Below, piece after piece: positions 38,545 to 46,530 of a stretch of DNA of 46,530 nucleotides. The stretch lies in assembly GCF_001194135.2 (NCBI RefSeq), contig NC_068994.1:38567192-38613721 (forward strand), read 5' to 3'. The stretch is from Octopus bimaculoides (lineage: Eukaryota). The notes beneath the pieces are model-generated. The model did not search any database. It was not told where the DNA came from and saw only the letters and a program-made list of their open reading frames with translations. The position numbers and the translations under genes are program-made. Position 1 is the stretch's first letter. Each line of letters opens with the position of its first letter.

Positions 38545-40923
38545 CTGGTTTGTTCCTTGGCAGATGTTCTGTCGATGAGACTGTAATGGAGAACCATGCC
38601 ATGTTGAATCATGGTAAAGCTCCTTTCTTAATAATGTTGCCTGAGAAACTGCAGAATTAATTCCTGGGTGTGTCAACATTACTTCTTGACTGTCACTTTG
38701 GGGAGACATTGGGTTACATCCATATTCAGACTGCCCATTTTGATTCATGAATTTCTGTCCTTGTTCTCGCCTTTCACAGTAAAGGATTTCTCTCCGATGG
38801 TTTCTCCTCACAATGCACACTGTTATGGAGACCACAATAGTTATAGATACAATAACTGCTGCTACTAGTATAATAACCATCACATTGACAGGTATTTCTT
38901 TGGTTGATAGTTTATGACGACTTGTCAAAAATTTGGAAGTACTATTGCTGACTGTCAATGTTAAAGTTAATGAAGTTGTTGTTGACAAAACTGGAGTGCC
39001 ACTATCTTTAACAGACACATTCAGTTTATAGAAACCAGCATCAATATTGTAAACAGAGCGAGAAAAAGATATGACTCCAGAGTACATGTCAAGGGAAAAT
39101 AACTTCTTGTCATTGCCCTCAAGTATTTCATATTGAAGGAAAGCATTCAACTGACTATCTCTGTCGTATGCTCTGAGAGTTGTGATGGCTTTTTGTCTTT
39201 GAGGATGGTAATGGACTTTAAGATGGAATGGATCAACTCCAGGAAAAGTGAAATATGGAACATTATCATTTTTATCCATAATTTCAACAATGACATTTGC
39301 TGTATTTTTCAATGGGGGTGTCCCATTATCTTTGACTACGACTGCCAATCGATATCTGTCTTGTTTCTCTCTATCCAGTGGTTGTGTTGTTGTGATAAAT
39401 CCATAGTTTGAAATTCTAAAAGGAACTATATTTTCAGTAGAATTCAAGAGATAATATGTCAGTTGACCTCCTGCTCCCAGATCTGGATCGGTGGCATTGA
39501 TTAGACCAATTGGAAAGTCTGGTTCTCCATTTTCATATGTAAAAAACTGAAAACTTTCCTGACTGAACTGAGGTTTTACATCGTTGATATCTGTCACTTG
39601 TATAGAAATTTTTCTAACAGCTGTCTTTGGAGGAGTGCCTCTGTCTTGACAAGATATGTTAAAATCAATGTAGCTGTTTGCTTCTCTGTCTATGGCATTC
39701 TTCACAACAATCTTATATTTCTTGTCATCTAATGGTTGAAGAATAAAATCCTCATGTTCCAATTCGCAGCTTACTTGTCCATTGTTGCCAATATCATTGT
39801 CAATAACCTTCACATATGCTACAAAACTACCAATATCAACATCTTCAGAAATGCTGGCCGTGTCTTCATTTGTCTGTGAAAAGAAGTTGAGCTCTATACT
39901 TGGACTCCCATTATCTTGATTTTCAATGTTGATTTGTAGAATGGCTGTTGAACTCATTGATGGACTGCCACCATCTCTGGCATCAATATACAGCAAATAT
40001 TTGTGTTTCTTATTAAATGAGAAATCATTTGACAAGAATACTTCTCCTGTTGCATTATTTAGTTTGAAATATAATTTGGCCAATGGTGTAGTTTTAGTTC
40101 CAAAATGGTAAGAAACTTTTCCATTTCTTCCAGCATCAATATCACTTGCTTGTAACCTAACAATGGGTTTCCTTGTTTGGTGTGTATTGTTTAGTGAAAT
40201 ATTATAGGTATTTTGAGCAAAGACAGGGGCATTATCGTTTTCATCTGTGACAATTATCTGAACATTTGAGACACCTAACTTTGGTGGAGTGCCTCCATCT
40301 TTAGCAATTATTTGTACAAAATAAGTGTCTTTTATTTCTCGATCTAATTCTTCAGTCAGGATAATTTCAAGTTTTGAAGAACCATCCACTCTTTTGTCTG
40401 TTTTCAACTTGAATTGCTTATGTATATTTCCCAGCCTGTAAGTGATCTGCGAATTTAAAAAACCAACGTCTTTGTCGACTGCATTTGGGACTGATTTTTT
40501 GGTTCCTTTCCCATCTGTTTCATAAAACTGTAGGTTTATGTACTTTTCTTGAAAATCTGGTCGGTTGTCATTAACATCTTCTATTATTACTTTCACTTCA
40601 AGTATCTTAACAAATGATTTTTTCTTTAGGACAGCAATTTCAAGTATTTCAAAGCATTCTGTATTGTATTTACATGTAATTTCAGCATCAATTGTTTTTG
40701 CCAAATAAAGTCTTCCCTTTTTGCTGATATTAAAAAAGTCAGAGAACTCATTCTTTTGTAGCGGAGAAAATTTTACTTCACTTCGCCTTATAGATGGCAG
40801 TGTCACATTACGTGCAATATCTCCAATGAAGGTTCCTGGCAGTAAATTTTCTTTCACTCTATATGTAATGTCCACACTCAGAGATGTGGTGAAAAGTAAC
40901 AGAAAACACACTTCTCTCAACAT
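38545..40923 (-). CDS. Pcdh: Protocadherin coding exon (exon 2): signal peptide, EC1-EC6, TM helix, proximal cytoplasmic tail (aa 1-793)
   Basis: 801-aa ORF. N-terminal hydrophobic signal MLREVCFLLLFTTSLS. Repeated cadherin motifs DVNDN, LDRE, DENDN, DxD, KDGGTPP, DKNDN. EC1 has a C-X5-C motif (CKYNTEC) and no Trp2. TM VMVIILVAAVIVSITIVVSITVCIV (about 38883-38809). Acceptor tttaatttcAG at 40938-40937, 13 nt before the ATG; donor CAG|GTAAAC after 38545, phase 0. The symbol is family-level only. Confidence 0.97.
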
Positions 40924-41277
40924 TATAAAAATTTACCTGAAATTAAATTTAAAAAAGAAACAAAAACAAAAAGAAATATTGTAAATATTATTTGTCATGT
41001 GTTTTGCACACAATTTACTGCAAAATCAGTTAAAAACAACAACATGAACGAAGAATAAAAAAGGGTAAAACAATGTTCATGATTGTATGTCTTGTTATAG
41101 AAATCAACTTCTGACTTCTGCCTTTTCTATTCTTTTACAACTGTCTTGTGACAGCTTACTTCAATATCAAACAATTAAGATTAGATGGATTGTTATGAGT
41201 GACATTGTTTGTGATTATTGCACTTGCATCCATTCCCCTTCTAGGTGAAGGTGACTAATACAAAAAGGAATAAGGAG

Positions 41278-41295
41278 AGTAAGAGAGAGAGAGTA

Positions 41296-41372
<77 letters not shown>

Positions 41373-41377
41373 GAGAG
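41278..41377. repeat. (GA)n microsatellite in protocadherin intron 1
   Basis: Direct inspection. Confidence 0.95.
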
Positions 41378-42184
41378 AATTGTTATTGTTTTCCTGGGAC
41401 ACTTTACAAGTAAGCTAACTATTGTGAAACAATATTAACAATCAATAAACAATAACCTAAAATAGCAATGCTATACAGTGAAAGGCTTTATATATATTTA
41501 TTTCCATCTTGGAAATATTGTCATGAGTGTATTTATCTTTCATTTATCACCAGAAAATATGCAGGTTCTTAAATATCTTCTAATTATGAAAAAAGTAAAA
41601 TAGATTTCCAGAATTTACAGAAAAACAAGAAAGAAAAAAAGTAAAGAAAATATTGCAATTATTGCCATATTGTTAATTTTAAAATCCAATGTAATTACTT
41701 TTGAGTAGTGTTAACAATTATTACAATAATTATTATAATAGAGTTGTCAACAATAATAAACAAAGTCATCAACATGAAAACATAAGAAAACTTGCTTCTC
41801 TTTTCTCTGACTCATTCACAAACCTGTTTGTTTATTAATGATAATTTATTCACTATTTATATATTGATTATATATACTGGATGTTGTGAAAACTGTTGAA
41901 TGCTTAAACTTGAACTAAATGGTTAAATTTTGCAAACAAAAATTATATTTATAAGAAAGATCACAGACTGATGTAACATGCATAAAAATAATCACCACTG
42001 ACTCTGAAGGAATAAAACACCATGTAAACAAGAGTAAGGTAGGGCTCTTTGTTCTTACGCAATGGTTTATAATTGGTTATATGTATGAGATAAGGCAGTG
42101 TTGTTGCCTAACAACTTCTAAAGCAACTAAAGAGAAAATATATATTTGGAGAAAATACAAAATTGACAAAGAAAACTGACTTAC

Positions 42185-42460
42185 ATAGATGCAGATCCTT
42201 TTTGTGTGTCATCTATCCAGAGACAAAAAAAAACCCTGTCCCTTTACTGCTTAATGATAATCCCTCGTGCTTAATATTCTGTGTTAGTGTTTTAAGGATT
42301 GTGAATGCTGTTTTGCTTTGTCTGTGATGGAGTGAAACCGGCTTGCTACTTCTTCATGTGCTTATGCTGTGTTGTGTTGTGCTGTGTGTATGTTGTATAC
42401 ACAGTAGCCAATAGCAGGCAGCTTATGCTTAATACTTGCTATCCAGTAAGGTGTAGTAGG
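42185..42460 (-). other. Putative non-coding exon 1 (5' UTR) of the protocadherin; 5' boundary approximate
   Basis: Donor AT|GTAAGT at 42184-42179, 1.25 kb upstream of the exon 2 acceptor. Contains a 19-bp element identical to 4983-5001. Confidence 0.6.
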
Positions 42461-42469
42461 GTGTAAATA

Positions 42470-42546
42470 GGTGGGGAAGGGGGAACAGGAAACATAGGCC
42501 CCCTGTCTCCCTCAGCAATTAGGATTTTCTATATAAATTAGTCATC
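42470..42546 (-). promoter_or_regulatory. Conserved promoter block of the protocadherin (G-rich tract, GGAAA..GCCCC, GCAATTAG-N17-AGTCATC)
   Basis: Aligns with 5284-5357; the 32-bp block 42515-42546 matches 5326-5357 at 24/32 positions without gaps. Confidence 0.6.
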
Positions 42547-43553
42547 AGTCTATATTTCTTTCCTTAAATTGAATTTCAGAATTATCATCAAGGATCATAA
42601 ATCAAAAATCATACTAATGTAACAAATAAAAGCCTGAAATTTTAAGAGAAATAAATTTCTCACTTTTATTTTCAGGTTTTGCATAAAGACAAAAAAAAAT
42701 GCAAAAAAACCAGAAGCAAAAAAAAAAAACAACAAATATATATTTCTTGTATTGATTGCATTTGTAAATATAAAAAGGAACTTAAGAAAATCGACAAATA
42801 AGCAAAAATTTAATTATAATCACACTTTCTACATTTTATTAATTAATTACAAAACTAATTGGGACAGTTATCAAGTTTGGCTTACTTCTTTCTAACAAAG
42901 GAAAAGTTTAGGGAAGCATCAATATTTATTCTTTTGTGCATGTCTATGTCTGTCTGTGTTGTATAACCCTTGGTTAGCCTTTATCCTGCAGACAAATGAA
43001 TCTTTAAAGACATTCTACCCATGACCATTCCATCTTATTTTCATAGATGATGCATCTAGGACTACAATATTCAAAGTCCTTTCTTTGTCTAAGATGGTAG
43101 AGCTTGTGATATGAGGCAAATTTAGATACTGTTTTTAGCAGGTCAAATGATCATACAGAGGCATGTTCATTATCATTATATCATGTAGCACGTGTAGTAA
43201 TAATGTATGTGTATATGTGTACTTGGCACAGTGTGTGTATGTGTGTGCAAGTGTGTGCATGTATGTGCATGTGTATGCGTGCATGTGTGTGTGTGTGTGT
43301 GTGTGTGTTTGCACAGAATCATGTTTACAATGTTTGGAGACAGAAAAGAGGGAGTGAAAGGAGCGAGAACGACAGAAAGAAAATATGGGGAAAGAAAGGA
43401 AAGAGATGGGGGGGGGACACACAAAGAGACAGCAGAAGTAAAACATGTAAAGTAATATGTATGACCAAAAATTTTAAGGAACCCTAATGGATAAAGCCAT
43501 ATCATAAGTGATGGCGCTAAAGGCACATAGATTAATATCAAATAATTAAATAA

Positions 43554-43597
<44 letters not shown>

Positions 43598-43849
43598 GCA
43601 CACATATGTATGTATACACACACACACACACACATTTATATATATAGGTACACACACACACGAAACACATACACATATATAGATATATATATATGTGTGT
43701 GTGCATGTGCATTTGTGTGTGTATGTTGTATATATCTATATCTACATATAAACAGGTGTATCAAAATTGAATATATCTGTATATGTAAGTATAAATGTGT
43801 ATGATATCTATCTATCTATCTATATACATACATACATATATGTATGTGT

Positions 43850-43881
<32 letters not shown>

Positions 43882-44951
43882 ATATGCTTCATGAGATGGA
43901 AACATTTCCCAGATATGCTTTTTGCATGATGATGAAATATTTAAAAAGGAGCTGACATAATATATTTAGTCAAATAAAAGAGCAAAATATAAAAATATAA
44001 ATCATTGAAAGTTATATCACTAATTAAAAATAAAATAATCATTAATTACCATTAAAGATAATTCTTGTCCAAAGCATAGTAACTACTCCAAAATTCAACT
44101 TGATTAAAAAGAAATTGAATGGTGAGTGACATCATACAGAGAGGATATTTGTCTGATCCTTTATAAGAATAGGGACAATTCCAGACATGTCTAAATTTTA
44201 AAGTAAATTTGTTCCCACTTAGCTATATATTCTCCATGCAGGAAGCAGCCCTGAGACGTTTTTCTATGTCATAATTTTACATTTCCTAATCACTCACTTT
44301 TGTATATGTGTATACAACGATCTTAGGTGTGGTTGTGTGGTAATAAGTTTGCTTTCTAACCACATGGTTCAGGGTTCAGTCCCATAGTGTGGCACTTTAT
44401 GTGAGTGTCTTTGACTATAGCCCAAAGCAAACCAAAGGTTTGTGAGTGAATTTGATGAATGGAAACAGAAAGAAGCCTGTCATATATATTTGTATGTATG
44501 TATGTATGTGTGTATGTATGTATGTACTTATTATTTATGTATGTATGTATGTATCTATGTATGCATGCATGTATGTATGTATGTATGTATGTATGTATGC
44601 AAGTATAAATGTACATATTTATGTATATAACTATGTGTGTATGTGTGTGCATCTTTGTATCTGGTTAATACATTAAGACTATTCCACTGAGGAGATTTAA
44701 TAAGGCTCAAACATGTCTCAAGTTGATTACATATTTATCAAATATCAGACACACTCCACACTGCATGCTCCACTCTTCAATTTTAATGAGCATTAAGCAT
44801 TAATCCTTAAGAAAATTAGAAATTTATTTTAATTATGGGTGTAATATTGACTGATTAAACATAATTTTCTTTGTTGGCCAACTGTATTAAGAATGTGTTA
44901 ATTCCCACTAGAGGTGTGTGTATGTATGTATATGCATACACACACATATTG

Positions 44952-45003
<52 letters not shown>

Positions 45004-46148
45004 CATATGTACATATGTACACATACATAAACAAACTCACACACACACACTCATATATCACCATCATCCTCATTCAACATCAATTTTTCATGGTGGCATG
45101 GGCTGGACAGTTTAACTGGAATTGCTATTATTATTTGCATAAATATATACATACCTCTACACACACATATGTATATATAATTACTAATATGTACATGCAT
45201 GCTCATATATGCACACATGTGTGTGCACACATATATATGTGTTTGTTTGTGTCTGTGTATGCATGGATATGTGCATATATGTATATACCTGTGTGCATGT
45301 ATGCATGCATGTATGTATGTGTGTTTGTGTGTTTGTGTGTGTATGTGTATTTATACACACACATGCACACACACAATTATTATACACACACACAATTATT
45401 ATACACACACACACGCAATAGCTTTAACCTTGCCTCTAGTCAACTCAATCCTAGTTAGTGAAATTGGAATGATGTTGGAAACTGCTTGGAAGCCTGACAA
45501 ATAAACTCTAGCTGTAATTCAATGGGCCAGCTTCCTTAATCGGTGTGTCATGTGCCATGTAGATTCTGATGAATTATTATGTGAGAAGTACAATTGTCTA
45601 TAAAATACTCAGCCTCTTGTACCATAGTTGAGGAAGAAGGAGTTCAGTTAATTGAGAAACTGGAATACTTGTAGTTAAAAAGTGACGGAAGAGACTTTTA
45701 TCAGGAGTTGGCTGAAAGATTCATAGGCTGACTAAGAAATTCTCATGGAATGTGACCAAATGAGATTTATTTTTCGGCATAGTGACCCTTGCGGTCCACA
45801 CACTTCTTCTATTGGTCTTGTAACCATGTGGTTTCATGTTTAGTCCCACTGTGTGGCACCTTGGATAAGTGTTTTCTACTATAGCTCTCAGGTTGACAGT
45901 TGCCTTGTGAGTGAATTTGGTACATGGAAACTGAAAGAAGCTCCCTGGAAATACAAAACTGTAAGGACCTTTTGGATATTAACAAATGAGGAACTAGGTA
46001 TGAATTTTACATTTGCTATGTTTTTGGTAATTGTTTGAAATATTATCTGTGTAATGCTACACACTCCTGCACTCCTGCTTTATATGTGTGAGTGTGTGTG
46101 TGTGTCCTTTAAGTTCATTTACAGGAATCCAAGGATTATTATTGTTAT

Positions 46149-46185
<37 letters not shown>

Positions 46186-46188
46186 AAT

Positions 46189-46530
46189 AATTACAGAGGC
46201 ATCAAGCTGTTAGATCAGGTTATGAAAGTTACAGAGAGGGTCATAGCCCAACTAATTAGGGAGCGAATCAATTTAGATGAGATGCAGTTTGGGTTCGTGC
46301 CAGGTAAAAGCACTACTGATGCCTTATTTCTAGTGAGACAGCTGCAGGAGAAATACATAGCTAAGGATAAACCTCTGTACCTGGCTTTCGTTGACATGGA
46401 GAAAGCCTTTGACAGGGTCCCCCGATCTCTTATCTGGTGGTCAATGAGGAAACTTGGGATAGAAGAATGGTTAGTGAGAGCTGTGCGAGCCAAGTACAGA
46501 GATGCTGCCAGTAAGGTGAGGGTTGGAAAT
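46189..46530 (+). mobile_element. RTE-type LINE reverse transcriptase fragment (5'-truncated, runs off the window)
   Basis: 114 uninterrupted codons NYRGIKLLDQVMKVTERVIAQLIRERINLDEMQFGFVPGKSTTDALFLVRQLQEKY...LYLAFVDMEKAFDRVPR..., with the non-LTR RT motifs QFGF, STTDA and FVDxEKAFDRV. Confidence 0.92.

Noticed and set aside
38668-40984. Plus-strand ORFs overlapping the protocadherin exon, and ORF 46215-46493 antisense to the RT
   Set aside because: Antisense shadows of real coding sequence.
42495-42510. Calling the CAGGGGGC in the promoter block a CTCF site
   Set aside because: Only the core matches, the 5' CCAS part does not, and the 5.3-kb copy matches worse; kept only as a hypothesis.

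Overview
Eukaryotic, AT-rich, microsatellite-dense draft sequence with 10 N-gaps, most consistent with an octopod cephalopod (inferred from the gene family and repeat content; no database search was run). The main content is one spliced protocadherin gene on the minus strand. It has a non-coding exon 1 (donor 42184), a 2.4-kb exon encoding the signal peptide, 6 cadherin repeats, the TM helix and the proximal tail (40936-38545), a 160-bp exon with a DSGHG motif (36196-36037), and a terminal exon 22 kb further on (13768-13506). Splice phases match (0, then 1), giving a predicted 933-aa protein. About 37 kb away, at 4.9-5.4 kb, is a second copy of the same promoter and first-exon architecture: an identical 19-bp element, a gapless 24/32 GCAATTAG-N17-AGTCATC block and a GTAAGT donor. 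This implies a tandem paralogue starting there and a shared cephalopod protocadherin promoter module. The rest is SINEs, RTE-type LINE fragments, hAT and Tc1/mariner relics, a Penelope-like fragment carrying a minimal hammerhead ribozyme motif on the gene's sense strand, and simple repeats. Nearly all other ORFs in the track are microsatellite or gap artefacts.
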